Origin: Fonticula alba ATCC 38817
Lineage: Eukaryota; Protista; Nucleariida
NCBI GenBank assembly: GCA_000388065.2
Contig: KB932207.1
Length of the DNA stretch: 64,000 bases
Reading direction: 5' to 3' (one strand)
In this document: piece by piece, positions 37,721 through 51,484 of the stretch
Layout: every line of letters begins with the position of its first letter
How positions within the stretch are numbered: position 1 is the first letter of the stretch
The notes under the pieces: generated by a model
What the model was told of the DNA's origin: nothing
The model's database searches: none
What the model saw: only the letters and a program-made list of their open reading frames with translations
Translations under genes and position numbers: made by a program

Positions 37721-39320
37721 CTTCTCCACGGACTCCACAAGATCGCCGCCCACCGAGCGGACCACATCGAAGAAGTCATTATCATGCAGGCTGTCCGCCC
37801 GCCAGAAGGCCACATCCTTGTAGCACAGGGGGTACTTGCTGAAGGGGGCGAACTTCACCTTGTCCAGGGTGCTCGGCTGGGCGGGATCGCACGCATCGAA
37901 CTGCGTCAGGAAGCGCGGGTCGCGCGACCAGAACAGCCGAATGTCCGGGATCCCAAAGCGAACCATGGCCAAGCGCTCGAGGCCCAGACCAAAGGCCCAG
38001 CCGGCCACCGTGCCGCTCGGCGCGTCGGGCGACGCACCCCCCGCCGGCCGGTAGTGCTCATCGATGATGGCCTGCTGCGTCACCCCGCAGCCCAGCACCT
38101 CCAGCCACTCGCCCTGGAAGAAGACCTCCACCTCGAAGGAAGGCCGGGTGAAGGGGAAGTAGGCATCCACCCAGCGAATGGGTGTCCCGGGGGGGAAGAG
38201 CCCCTCCAGCACGGCGGTCACATGCGCCCGCAGGTCCGCCTCCACCCGGTCACTGGCCTCCTGGCTGAGGGCCGGCTGCCGGCCCACCGCATCGGGGCCA
38301 CCCTCGCCCTGGGGCAGGAGCGCCCGATCGACCGTTTGCCCGGCCGCCGGGTCCAGGTCCAGCAGACGCATGCCCTCCATTTGGTGGAAAACCGGGTAGT
38401 GTGAGGCGTCCACCTCATCGCGGCGGTAGACATCGGCCGCGACGAGGAAATTACGCTGCAGATGTACGGGCGCGCATATGTATGCATGTGTGCGCGAGTG
38501 TGCGCGAGTGTGCGCGTGTGTGCGCGTGTGTGCGCGTGTGTGCGCGTGTGTGCGCGTGTGTGCGCGTGTGTCGGAGATGCGAGCGCGCCAGGCCCCGCAT
38601 GGCAGGGGGGGGGGGGAAACGAGGGGGAGGTGGAGGTTAGTCGGAGAGGAGGGAGGGGAAAGGGCAGCGAGCGGAGAGGGCGCCGGCGGCCGAGGAAGGA
38701 AGGCGCACGTGGCCTTGGCGCAGGAGCTCGCTCTGGTGCGCGGAGGAGTGCGTGCGCAGCATGCACTCGGTGCTGGCATAGTACGAATCGGTGAAGGACC
38801 GGCTCGGGTGCCCGGGGGCCACCAGCAGGTGGTCGAAGTTGGCCTCCGGCCGGACAAATGGCGGGAGGTTGTCAAAGACGGCGAAGTTGTCCTTCCCATC
38901 GGACGACCGGGCGATCGCCTCCAGCAGGGCCCGCTGGATGATCGACCGGATGAGGGCCAGCGGGTGCGTGCTGTACCCCGGGCCGGGGCTGCCGGCCGGC
39001 GGCTCCAGCAGATGCAAGCCACGGCTGATGCGCTCGAAGATGGTCGGCGTGATGTTGCAGGTAGCCGGGTCGGCCTCCACGCCGAAGCTGCTCCGCAGCA
39101 AGGGCGCCACCTCGGCGAACATGTGCGCCGGCAGCAGGCACTCCGAGCTCGAGGCCCCGGGCGAGGCGCCCGTCGGCTCGGGGTCGGTCACCGCCGCCGA
39201 GGAGAAGCCCCGCAAAAGGGCCGCGGTGCTGGGACGCGCCGTGCCAATGGCCATGCGGACGTGCGCCGCATGCGCAGTCGGCCCAGCGACACGCACAAGG
39301 CGACCAACAGAGGAGAGCAT
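37721..39320 (-). CDS. FARS2: Mitochondrial phenylalanyl-tRNA synthetase (last exon presumably in gap 36926-37634)
   Basis: Exons 39320-38709 and 38455-37721. Motifs 'NFDHLLVAPGHPSRSFTDSYY', 'LRTHSSAHQSELL', 'DVYRRDEVDASHYPVFHQMEG', 'WVDAYFPFTRPSFEVEV', 'WLEVLGCG', 'GWAFGLGLERLAMVRFGIPDIRLFWS' and 'FSKYPLCYKDVAFW'. The anticodon-binding domain is cut off at the gap. Confidence 0.96.
38487..38571. repeat. 10-bp minisatellite (TGTGCGCGTG-type) in the FARS2 intron
   Basis: About eight tandem units of TGTGCGCG(A/T)G. Confidence 0.9.
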
Positions 39321-39604
39321 GTCAGGCGGGGAGGAGGGAGAGAAAGGATGCGCGCGGGGGGGGAGAGGGGGAAGGGGGGAGGGGGGATGGATCCACGAAG
39401 GGGGAAGAGGAGAATGCCGCTTTTGCCTTGCGGCAGGCGAGCAGTCACTTTGCCCATGAAGGGGGATCTGTCCGGGATCGACCGGACCCGTGTGGTGCCC
39501 AGGCATTGGGCGACAATGCGAGCGCTCTCGACCAGGAGAAACCCCTTGAGTCATCACATCTTGACCGGGTTTACGCCACACGGACACAAGCAGCTCGGAA
39601 AACA

Positions 39605-39660
<56 letters not shown>

Positions 39661-39922
39661 AGGGAGAGAGAGAGAGGCGGAGGAGGGCAAGACGATGGAG
39701 CCGGCTCGGGGCCGCGGCCCGAGACCCACACTGCACACACAGCCCCCGTCCCCCGCACCCGGCCCCGGGCCATACATAAACGTGCGCCCGCCGCCCATCT
39801 GGCCCCCCCCCCGTCCCCACAACCCACGGCAGAGTGGGACACAGCAAAGGCACCAGGGCCACCGGGCCCGGTCGATGCGTTGGTATCTATTTGGGAGGTG
39901 CCGACGAATCGGGGAAGACCAC

Positions 39923-42900
39923 TCACTCGGAGTCGCTGGCGCTCATGTCCTCGTCGTCGCTGTCGCCCTCATCCCCGGAGGAACCGGCGTCGGTGCTGCC
40001 GTCCTCATCGTCCTCATCGTCCTCATCATCCTCATCGTCCTCACCCTCCTCATCGTCCTCATCCTCCTCATCGTCGTCCTCGGCAGGGCCGGCATCAAGA
40101 TCCGAGTAGTCCACGACCGGCTTCAGGAGGAAATCCAGCTCAGGGCTCTGAGCCAGGGAGTTGAAGGACCGGATGTGGGCACACGGGGCCAGCACATCGC
40201 CACCCGAGCAGGTCCCGGCCCCCGGGAAGAGCGCATCACCGCGCGGGAGAAGCCCATCCACCGAGGCCAGGCGGCGGACCTCCGCGCCGCGAGCAACCAA
40301 GGCATCGACCGCCTGCCCGGCCGAGGAGGTCGGCGACACGACGGCCGTCAGCGACCGACCCGGGGTGAAGACCGGGCGGACATTGCGCTCGAAAGCCTCA
40401 TACAGCTGACCGGCCGACATGCTGGTCACCTCACTGGCCATGGCGCGGAAGAGCTGGTCGGCCCGATCGCCGCGGAAGTCCGCCGGCTCCGGCAGGGCGG
40501 CCTCCCGGCGCAGGAACACGGCATTCATGAAGGCATGATTGGCCGCGCTGAAGAGGCACTTCATGCGGCTCACCCGCGAGTAGATGTACACCGATTTGGC
40601 CGCCACAAGGTCCGTGTCGGAGATGTTGGGCTCGGTCGAGCCGTCCACCGGGCACAGAGACCGGGCCACGCCGTCCACCGCCTCGGCCACCGCCTCGACA
40701 CCGGCATTGCTGATCCGGTAGGCCGACAGGGTGATGAGCCCGGCATTGGGGTCGCTGTCGGCGTAAATCCCATAAGACAGCCCGCGCCCGCGGACACCCT
40801 TCCACAGGGGCCCCTCGGTCATGCTCAGGAAGGTGCACAGGACATCCAGCTCATGCACCTGCGGGTCCAGGAAGGACACCGGGCCCGGGGCCGCGTGCGT
40901 GGAGAAGGAACTCTCGGTGGAGCCCATCTCCACGACCACCGCCCGGCCGGAGGTGGTCAAAGCCTCCCGGGCCAAGGGCGTCAGGCAGCCATTGGTCAGC
41001 ACGGCCGGGCCCAGGGCCCGGCCCAGGATGGACCGCTGGACATCCAGCAAGGTCACCGGCCGGAGGCCGTCATCAGGCCGACCGCCATCGGCCGAGCGGG
41101 CCGCCCGGAAGGCAGCCGCCGCGCTGGCCGACCCGCTGGCCAGCAACGCCTCCGGAACCAAATCCCCGATGGCCGCCACATGGCCAAAGTGCTGCAGCCA
41201 CACGGCACGCGCCGACTCGCCGAGGTCCACCACATTGCCCGACACATGGGCCAGCATGCGCAGCGAACCGACCGGGCCGTCGGCGGCGGCCGGCAGGGCA
41301 GCCGGCCGGGCAGCGATGGCAGCCACCGCGCGGGCTACCGCGACCGCCGGCTCGGCCCCCTCGCCGGACACCTCCAGGTCGCCGGCGCTCCCGGTGAAGA
41401 GCAGCCGCTGCACCAGGGCCAAATCGCGCAGGGCCCCAGCCGGATCGGCCTTCAACTGGCGAATCACCCGCCGGAGGAAGTGCTCCTGATGCCGGGGGTT
41501 TAGGCGCACCGTGTTGGAGCAATGCCGGCAATGGGTCAGCGCGTCGGACATGGCAATGCCCACATAGGTGGAGCCCTGTTGGCTGTAGGCCGACAGGCCG
41601 GCCAGCAGACGCCGGGCCATGACCACCAGCCGGGCCGGGCTCAGGTGCACCTGGCTCAGGCGCCAAGCCAGCCACCGGACGCCCCGCTCGTAGTTGGCCT
41701 GCGTGACGAAGGCCGACATGGAAGCCAGCGTCTCGGACCGCGGGCAGATGCCACTGGCCCCGAGCGGCCAGATGGACCCGATGTCCGTCAAAAACTCGAT
41801 GGTATCCTGCTCCATGAGCGTGGTGGCCTGGTCATGCGGCAGGACCATGACCGGGGACTGGTCGCCGGCCGGGCGCAGGACCGCCATCGCACGGAGGTCC
41901 TCCGGCACGGCATCCGCACTGGCAAAGGCAATCGGCGCCTCGGTCGCATAGTTCAGGTACAGGTACAGGTAGTCCCGCAGCCGGGGCGGCAGGATGGACG
42001 TGTCGAAGATGACATTCAACTTGAAGAAGCGGCTGGGCACGTCTGCGGCGCCGGGCGCGGGTTTGGTGGGGGGGCGGGGGCGGGAGAACAAGGCAACAGG
42101 TTAATCCCCATGGATGAGGGCCGGAGGCAGGGAAAAAGAAGGAGCCCAACAAGAGGAGCCCAACTGCGAGGACGGTCGCCGACGCACGATCAAACTGCAG
42201 CTCGAAGGGCAGGATCCGGTCCGGGGCGCTGGCCAGGAGGGCCAGCTGCACGGCGTTCAGGCGCCCGGTGTCCAGGCCTCCGGACGCGTCGAGGTCCAGC
42301 GCGCTGCGAGACCCATCGGCGAAGACATGCAGTCGCGAGCTGACCACCGGGTAGAGGGTCACCGAGTCCGGGTCCGGGCGGGAGGTCAGCCCGGCCAGCA
42401 CAGCATCCGGAATGGGGGCTGTGTTGACGGCCTCGGCCGCGGCCAGCACCCCGGCGAAGGAGTCCCGCTCCTCCGAGGAGAAGCGCTCCAGGTGCGCCTT
42501 CAGATTGGCGGCCGCCTGCTGGGCCAGCATGTCCGACCGGTGGGGGTCCGGCACACCGGCTACCGCCACAAATGGCGCATCCACCAGGTATCGCTTTGCC
42601 AGGGCCACCCAGCGCTCGGCCGGCCAGGCATCCGAGTCCAGGGCCGCCCGGTAGCACAGGGCCGGGCCGTAGAGGGCCGTCGGCAGGTCCTGATAATCCG
42701 ACCGGCCGTTGATGAACTCCGACAGGACCGCATCCAGGATCAATTCCTTGGGGTCATTTTCGCTGTTGAACTGCATGGTCTGCAGCTCGCGCCGGAGGAC
42801 TTGGTGCATGCGCTCCAGGCTGAAGTTGTCCACCGCCTTGCGCATCTCCCCGGGGAGGGCGGCAAAAACGGCCTCCTGGCTGGCGACATCCATGCCGTCG

Positions 42901-45024
42901 AGCGTGAGGAAGTACACCGTCCGAAGGAAGGTGAGGTCGTCATAGTAGACGGCTACAGGCGGGGGAGGGNNNNNNNNNNGGGGGGGAAGGGGAGAGCCGC
43001 ACAAGGACAAGGTCAGGGACATGCCATGTCCGGCATGCGACAGCGAAAGGGCGAAGAGAAGGCCGACGTACAGGAGGCCAGACCCGTGTCCACAAAGGCC
43101 GCATGCAGGTCGGACACCGAGGACTCGGTGAGATAGAGGAACAGAGCCTCAAGCATGGCGCGGTCTTCGTGCTCCTGCAGCAGGGCGGCCGGGGGAAGGG
43201 ACGGGGGAAGGGACAGGAATGTCAGAGGGAAATCGCCCATCCATGGCGGAGGGGGGAGGAGGGAAGATCGGGAGCCCGGAAGAAGTGACAAGCCCGCGCG
43301 AAAAGTGCACAGGCGGCACGGGCACACATACGCACATGGTATTCCGGGCCGGCCCAGGCGATGTACATCTCGCCGGAGTTGTCCTCATCCGAAGGGAAGG
43401 GGACATCCACCTTGCGTGGGGCGCCGGCGGTTGCCGGGGGAGGGAGCGCCGGCGAATCGACCCACGGGCTGGTTGCGCGGGAGAGTCAGACAGGCAAGCC
43501 GCGCAAGGAAGGGAGCAGAGGCCAAGGGAGGAAGGCGCCGAAAGCGACCCCATGCACGCATGCCGTACCGAGGCTTGGGGTTGGCTGGGAAGTTGGCGAA
43601 CTTCGGCACGCCGATAATGCGCTCATTCTCGAATTGAGCGATGGTGCTCAGCAGCTGGGCCAGGCCGGCATCGCCGCCCAGACCGCCGATCACCACCAGG
43701 CACAGGTTGTCCGGGCGGTAGTACTCCGTGTGGTAGGCGCGAACTGCCGGACAGCCAAACGGTGGACGGAGACGAGAAGGGGGGCGGGGGGTGAGCACAC
43801 GGAAGCAGGAGACCATGGTCCAGCAAGACAGCATGTAAGGACGCACCCTCCTCGATCGAGGATTGCTGCAGGCCGACCAGCGTGCCGCCAGTGTTGGATG
43901 TGTAGCCCGACCAGGCGGGGTACATCTCTCGGACCAGCTGCATCATCATCAGGTCGCCGCTGGTGTTCTCGCGGGCCTGCATCTCCGAGTAGACGACGCC
44001 GCCTTCCTGATGCTGGCCATTGATGTGATACACCTCGGTGGTGAAGCCCTCAGCGGTCAGGGTCGGGTGCAGGATGTGATCCAGATACATTGGCAGCGAG
44101 GAGAGGAAGCCCTTGATGCCGGCGTTGGTGATCTAGGCAGCGGGAGGATCAGAAGAGACCAGGGGGACATGGGTCAGCAAGGGAGGAGGGGAGGGAGCAA
44201 GACAGAACGAGGGGGCGAACGAGAGAGGGAGAGAGAGCGAGAGAGCGAGAGAGCGAGAGAGCGAGAGAGAGAGAGAGCGAGAGAGCGAGAGAGAGAGAGA
44301 GAGAGAGCGAGAGCGAGAGCGAGAGAGAACGCCTGGGCCACTGCAGGACGGGATCCCATGGAACCGAGTGTCCAGACGCACCGTGTAGCACGTGTGGTCC
44401 GTGTCAGTCCAGGCGTTTGTGCCATCCGAGAGGCAGCGGTTGGCATCGATATCGAGGATGCCCTGGCATCGGGAAGGGGGAGCAGGCGCAGGCAGAGAAA
44501 GATGGCCGGAAGTTAGTCGAACACGCGGCCGGGAGCTGAGCATGCCAAGGGGGGGGNNNNNNNNNNNNNNNNNNNNNNNNNNNNNNNNNNNNNNNNNNNN
44601 NNNNNNNNNNNNNNNNNNNNNNNNNNNNNNNNNNNNNNNNNNNNNNNNNNNNNNNNNNNNNNNNNNNNNNNNNNNNNNNNNNNNNNNNNNNNNNNNNNNN
44701 NNNNNNNNNNNNNNNNNNNNNNNNNNNNNNNNNNNNNNNNNNNNNNNNNNNNNGGGGGGGGGGTGAGCGGGTGCGAAGAGGCGTGTGGCCGCGGAGCGGG
44801 CGGAAGATCGCAAATGGCGAGGAGAGATCGACAGGAGGCGCACCACCAGTGTCCGCGGCGACGATGGTCAGGCCGGACTTGGCCGAGCGCCACACATGGA
44901 CATCACAATCCGGCACCTCGGTGGCGGTGACACTGTTGGAAACAATGTGCTGCTGGAGGAGGAAGTGCTCCAACTCAGGATTTCCTGAGGTGAAGCTGCA
45001 GACGAGCGGCGGCGCGCCAGTCAT
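39923..45024 (-). CDS. M16C-like zinc metallopeptidase (insulinase family; yeast YOL098C/SDD3 and C. elegans C05D11.1 type)
   Basis: Exons 45024-44844, [one exon expected in gap 44557-44753], 44462-44382, 44132-43847, 43743-43569, 43468-43336, 43174-43072, 42952-42188 and 42042-39923, phase-consistent from 44462 onward. Motifs 'ANRCLSDGTNAWTDTDHTCYT', 'YLDHILHPTL..EGFTTEVYHING', 'GVVYSEMQARE', 'VRAYHTEYYRPDNLCLVVIG', 'PFPSDEDNSGE', 'QFD|HVPSRF' and 'EGPLWKGVRGRGLSYG'. Acidic C-terminal tail. The HxxEH motif is not visible and is expected in the gap. Confidence 0.88.
44221..44328. repeat. (GA)n/(GAGAGC)n compound microsatellite in an intron of the M16 peptidase gene
   Basis: Read directly. 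Similar (GA)n tracts occur at about 39607-39672 and 51457-51481. Confidence 0.9.
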
Positions 45025-47718
45025 CCCTGCGGAGGGGGCGGAAGCAAGGGAGGGGGGGAGGGAGCTAGGCGAAAGGGGGGGGGGGAGGAGGGGGGGAGAT
45101 CTGGCCACTGGCTGGGCGCGCGCTGGTCGGGTGGGGACCGACCCTTTCAGTCGGCCATGCACCCTCGCCCCCGCCAGCTGGCAGGCGCAACATCGGGAGG
45201 GCGTCCGGCCACCCACCTCCCTAGTCCTGTGTCCCGCCCTCCACTCTCCCTCCCCCCGGGGGAGGAAGGCGCCGCGCGGGGAATGATGCAAGATGCCGCC
45301 GGAGGCGAGGGAGAAAAGAGGCATCGAGAAGCCCCCCGGATGTGCACCTGCGCCAGACTCGTTTCCGTGGGTATATCCCCCCTCCCCGCACCCAGTCACG
45401 GAGCCGCACCGGGGGCAGCCCTGCCGCCGCAGCCAGAAAGCTCGCTGTGGCAAAATCGACCTGCGCAAAGAGCTGTTTGATGCAAGCCCTCGCCTCCCCC
45501 CGCCCCATCCGCCGGACTCGCGTTCGCGGCGCCATCGAGGGCAGGAAAAGTAGACAGCATTAGTCGCACCTTTATCACATGATGCCATCCCGTCGCACAT
45601 TGCTTCTCGTGGGTTAAACTGGTATCCACGTGCTCTTGTGCCAGGTGTAACTCGCTTGGGATTGGGGCATTTTGGTAAGCAGAACCCCTTGACCCCGGAA
45701 AATGGCCTGCCCCCCCTCCCTCCCCGCCTCTCGCCCCGCCCCGCTGCCCCGCCTCAAGGCGCGGCAGAGGGCCCGTTACAGGCCGACCTTCGTTCGGGTG
45801 CGGGTCGCAGCAGCCAGGGGCAGCCCGGGCGCTGGGCGCCGCCTTCCGGGTACTGCCGCGGCCACGCCCTGGACGGGTGCCGCTCCGTCGCCCCCAAAAA
45901 AAAAATATTATGCGCTGCTCCGATTTAACATAACAGACACATATTGGGCCCGCCGCCGGTGGGGACTGGGGGGGGGGCACCGTGGGAGGACACCGGTCCT
46001 CTGGGAACCTCGCCATGGGAAAGCCTCAGCGCCGTCGGCGGGCGGGGGTCAGCCTCTCACGGAGTAACGGCCGGAGCGTGTCCAGGCATTCGGGCCGGCA
46101 GGCCTGCGAGTGGCGGGCGCGGTCAGACCCATGTGCCCAGGCGGCTATCAGCCCCCAGTGTCGGGAGATACTGCCCGGGTGATGACATCCCACTCGGCTG
46201 AGCGAGACCGTATGGCCAGCCGCCAGGGGGGCGGGTGGGGGGAGAGAACAGGACGGAGCTGAGCCCGCGGCGCACAGCACCCCGCCGCCGGCCCTCGCCC
46301 GGGGGCGTGGGTGTGTCGGGCGCGGGCATATATGCATTTTTTTACGTGACCCGCTCCCCGGGGGCACATCTGGGCTGAAAGGTATGCTCCGAGGCGCGGG
46401 GGGGGGGGGCAGGGGGGGGGATGTGAAGGGGATCGTCAGAACCCCTTGAAAGTGCGCAGTTGGATCATTGGGTCCCGCCCCGCCCCAGGGGTAGAATGCG
46501 CTTGGATGTCCTCGACGCGCCTCTCCCCTTCGGCGGTGGCTTATTCACCGCCACCGGTGCACGAGCCAGGCGTGCGGCATCTCATCCGGCAAGGTCCCGC
46601 CGCCGAGCCGCCCCCTCCCTCCTCCCCCGGCCGCCGTGCCCGTGTGGCCGACCGGGGGCGGCTCTTTATGGGGCGTTTGCGCGCCCCCCCCNNNNNNNNN
46701 NNNNNNNNNNNNNNNNNNNNNNNNNNNNNNNNNNNNNNNNNNNNNNNNNNNNNNNNNNNNNNNNNNNNNNNNNNNNNNNNNNNNNNNNNNNNNNNNNNNN
46801 NNNNNNNNNNNNNNNNNNNNNNNNNNNNNNNNNNNNNNNNNNNNNNNNNNNNNNNNNNNNNNNNNNNNNNNNNNNNNNNNNNNNNNNNNNNNNNNNNNNN
46901 NNNNNNNNNNNNNNNNNNNNNNNNNNNNNNNNNNNNNNNNNNNNNNNNNNNNNNNNNNNNNNNNNNNNNNNNNNNNNNNNNNNNNNNNNNNNNNNNNNNN
47001 NNNNNNNNNNNNNNNNNNNNNNNNNNNNNNNNNNNNNNNNNNNNNNNNNNNNNNNNNNNNNNNNNNNNNNNNNNNNNNNNNNNNNNNNNNNNNNNNNNNN
47101 NNNNNNNNNNNNNNNNNNNNNNNNNNNNNNNNNNNNNNNNNNNNNNNNNNNNNNNNNNNNNNNNNNNNNNNNNNNNNNNNNNNNNNNNNNNNNNNNNNNN
47201 NNNNNNNNNNNNNNNNNNNNNNNNNNNNNNNNNNNNNNNNNNNNNNNNNNNNNNNNNNNNNNNNNNNNNNNNNNNNNNNNNNNNNNNNNNNNNNNNNNNN
47301 NNNNNNNNNNNNNNNNNNNNNNNNNNNNNNNNNNNNNNNNNNNNNNNNNNNNNNNNNNNNNNNNNNNNNNNNNNNNNNNNNNNNNNNNNNNNNNNNNNNN
47401 NNNNNNNNNNNNNNNNNNNNNNNNNNNNNNNNNNNNNNNNNNNNNNNNNNNNNNNNNNNNNNNNNNNNNNNNNNNNNNNNNNNNNNNNNNNNNNNNNNNN
47501 NNNNNNNNNNNNNNNNNNNNNNNNNNNNNNNNNNNNNNNNNNNNNNNNNNNNNNNNNTACTCCTTTCCCCCTTCTTCTTGCCTCTCGGTGCTTGTTCATG
47601 CATATGGCTCCCCCTTCGCTTGGGTGGCTGACTCGATTTGCCCCCCCCCCCCTCACGAGCATCACCCGCCGCCTGACCCGTCACCGCTGATCCCCCCTCC
47701 GTCCCCAGAGCCGGAAAC

Positions 47719-48292
47719 ATGCCCTCCTCTGGCAAACAACAAACCCTCCACCCGACCGTGGTGGACTTCGCGGCCGGCGTGCTCGGCGGCTGCGCCGGCA
47801 TCGTCGTTGGCCAGCCCTTGGACACGATCAAGGTCCGCATGCAGGCCCTCGGCACGCTGACACCCCCGCTGGCCGCCCTGCCCGGGGCAGCCGCCAGCGC
47901 CACCGGCGCGGTCCGGCCCAGCATGTCGACCGCCGGCCTGGGCGGCGTGTCGCTCGGGCCGGCGGCCGGGACCCGGCCCACCGCCCTGGCCGTGGCCACG
48001 GCGGCCATCCGCCACGAGGGCCCGCTGTCGCTCTTCCGCGGCCTGACCCCACCGCTGATCGCTGTCGCCGGGCAGAATGCCATCCTCTTTGCGGTGTATG
48101 GCTCGTCGCAGCGCATGGCCGGCGACCTGCTGGCCGCCGCCGGGCTCGGCGCGCGCGATCCCAACAGCCTCATGGTGTCCTCGCTGGCCGGTGCTGTTGC
48201 CGGCCTGGCCGCATCGGTGGTCACCTCGCCGGCGGAGCTGGTCAAGTGCCGGCTCCAGGTGTGGTCCAATGCCGCGGCCGTCGGGGCCCCAG

Positions 48293-48334
<42 letters not shown>

Positions 48335-49233
48335 CCACCCCGGCCAACACCCCGACCATGCTGTCGGTTGCCCGGCAGGCTATGTCCGCGGCGCCTGGGC
48401 TGCGTGGCTTCCTGGGTGTCTATCAGGGCTGGCAGGCCACGGCCCTGCGCGATTCTCCCGGCTACGCCATCTACTTCGGCGCCTATGAGCTGACCATTTC
48501 CCATCTGTCAACCGCATGGGGCCGGCCCCGGGCTGATCCCGCAGTTGTACGTGTGACTTCACCAGCATGCTGCCCCCCGGCCGAGGCATGGTGGATTGGC
48601 CTCCTTCTCGCGTTGCTGCCATCGCCGCCGCCCAGCCCGATGCTGTTTGCCACCGTCGCCACCGCGGCAGCACCCGCGGCGCATCCCCTGGCTGTGCTGC
48701 CTTTTTGCGGCTGTGTGACTGACCTGCGTGGGACCTCCTCCCCTCTCCGCCTCTCTCTGCCTCTCTCTGCCTCTCTTTCCGATGCATGCGTGCCCTCTGT
48801 CGGTGTGCCTCCCGGACAGGTGCTGCTGGCTGGTGGGCTGGCTGGTGTGGCCTCTTGGCTGCCGATCTACCCGTTTGATGTGCTGAAGTCCCGCATGCAG
48901 ACTGCCGAGGCCCTGGCCAGTGACGTGCCGCGCCGCGCGTCCCTCTCCATGAGCTCCATCATCCGTCAGGGTGTCGCCCAGGAGGGTGGCTACCGGTGGC
49001 TCTTCCGCGTGCGCGCCCATTCCTGGCATCTCCCAAAATGTGTCGCCCTCTCACCCACCCTCTAACTTCCCTCGGCTGCATGCTGCTCCCTTCCCCCTTG
49101 TTTTTCCCCTCCGTCCCCTGGCGGCAACACATCATGGCAGGGCATTGGCCCGACCCTTGCGCGGGCCTTCCCCGTGAATGCGGTTACCTTCTTCGTTTAT
49201 GAGTGGTCAGCCTCCCTGCTCTCTAGTTTCTGA
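47719..49233 (+). CDS. Mitochondrial carrier (SLC25A29/SLC25A45/Ymc-like, basic amino acid or carnitine type), about 369 aa
   Basis: Exons 47719-48546, 48820-49008 and 49141-49233. Three carrier signatures: 'QPLDTIKVRMQ', 'SPAELVKCRLQ' and 'YPFDVLKSRMQ'. Also 'LRDSPGYAIYFGAYE' and 'GIGPTLARAFPVNAVTFFVYE', typical of this subfamily. Confidence 0.9.
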
Positions 49234-49741
49234 TGGCGCCTACATCGCCCCCCCCCCCCCCCTTCCGCCTCCCCCCATCCCCTTGGAGTGCGGAGGAGGG
49301 GACAGGGCGGCTCCCAGCGCACTGGGATGCCTCCCCTCTTCTTGTGATCTCTCTTGTCGTCCTTGGGGCGTTTGTGTGTAAAAATGCCCCCCCCCCCCCC
49401 CACACACACACACACACTCCCACCATCCATGCACCGCGATTTTCGGTCACCCATCTCTCTCCTCCAGCCCACGCACGCATGCGCAGGCGCTTGCCCCACA
49501 CACGGTTTCCGCCCTTGTCCCCGGCCGCCGGCGGCCGATGATGATGCCGATGTGACGGCGGCGATCCACCAAATACATCTCCTGTCCTTGACTCCAAATG
49601 CCTGATGCATGGCGCGAAGCACTCTCGACCCTGCCTCGTGAAAGGGGAGGGGGGGGGGCCGCGCAAAGTGTGATCTGTTTGTATTTTCTTTTCTTTGTCC
49701 GGATGCCACGGGTGGAGGGGGAGGCGACACATGGCGCGGTG

Positions 49742-51450
49742 TCAGCATGCCGACTCAGGCCAGGTGCCCGCAAGCCGGTGCACTGACAGCGCATGCAGGT
49801 GATCCTGCAGAATGCCGGCGTCGTCAGCGTCATCCTCCTCCGCCTCGCCGGGCCGTGGCGCTGTGAAGGGGCATGGCTGCGCCAGGGCCAGGAGGCTGGG
49901 ATTGGTGGGATTCCAGGCAATCGAGGCATTGGGTGTGTATGTCCCGCCGCCAGCTGGCCAAAAGCGAGTGCGATCAAGCAGGCGAGGAGACGCGGAGCAT
50001 GTCAGTTTGCGCTGCCCAGCAGCCGGAAAGCACGGGGATGGCGAGGGGGAACAACAGATCGGCCGCACAATCGTCCGACCGGCGAATCACCTCGATCGGG
50101 CTGGGAGGCTGCTCTGACTCGGCCTGCAGGGTGTCAAAAAGCAGGGCCCCATGGCCGGGCGAGGCCAGGAGAAGGTGCCGCGCCCCCCGGGCCGGCGACT
50201 CCAGAGCGAAGGAATTCCGGCCGCGCACGCCGGATGGCCGGCTGGGTGCCTGGCCGGGGCGGTCGCCGGGCCTGGCCGGCACGCGGTACACCCGTACCGG
50301 CTGACTGGCCGCCCGAATGTCCCACTCGGCCACAACAGCCTCATCGCCCGGGGAGCCGACCCCCCGACGACACGCCCCGAACAGCCGCCATGGGCGGCCC
50401 CCGCCATCGAAAGCCAGGTGCGACACCCCGACCCCGGCGGCGCCGGTAGACGAGGCACCAGCCCGGAAGGCCGCCGGGTCGGTGAAAACCTTTTTCCCAA
50501 GCCGGCCTGAGGCGTCGGCCGTCGAGTACACTGTCACACCGCCGGCTTGCGATCCCACCGCCACCAATCCACCGATGGTCGGATGCACGGCCAGCCCCGT
50601 AAGAAGGCCTGGGTCGGCACGGGGGAGGGGAGGCCCGACAGCCAGCATAAGTACCAGCCCGAAGAGCAAACACGCCAACGTGGCGCTTGACCAGGAGCAA
50701 CGCACCTCCGATGCCCTCGCGGGACTTGCGAGAAGGCCGTGTGGCCCACGCGCCGAGCTGCTGGCCGGAGTATGTGTCATACTTTTGAAAGGCGGCGTCC
50801 GAGGTGAGGTACATGCTGAGTGGGCAGGCGTGTCAGAAGGAACGGCAAGGAGCGCGCCAAAACCCGGGTAGGAGGAGATGCGGAACGCACGACAGCGAGT
50901 CGGGCGAGAAGGCCAAGCGTGCCGGGGCTTCGATTTCGTCATATTGGTTCTTGGCCGCGATGGAAAAGCGAACCTGGGCCGGGAGGGAGAGAGAGAGGGG
51001 GGGGGGAGGGAGGGAGACGGAGAGGTGTGAGTGCCAGGATGGGGAAATGCGGTCGGGAGGGCGTGCGACAATGTGAATGGCAATACCTGGCCGGACAGAT
51101 CGCGCAGCTGAACCGGCAGATCCCGAGCACTGATGGCATAGAGGCTGGTTGATGCTGTGACGCAGAGGGTCCACCAGAGGAGGGTCAGAGGGACGGATGC
51201 TGTGGAGGGGGCAGCGGCAAGGGGGAGGGGGCGACGGCAAGTGCCCCGGCCCGGCATACCAGTCGGGCACCACTGGGCATCGAGGAGGGCCGATGGGGAG
51301 CGGAAAAGTGACAGGGGAGGGCCGATTGCCGCGCCGCCGGCGGTCGTGGCTGCCTTGTAGCTGGTGCATTGAGGGGGCTGGGCGAAATCCGGCTCGAATC
51401 CCGGGCTGGTGGCCAGCGAAGAGAAGTCCCTAAGCAACCCGGCAGTCCGG

Positions 51451-51484
<34 letters not shown>
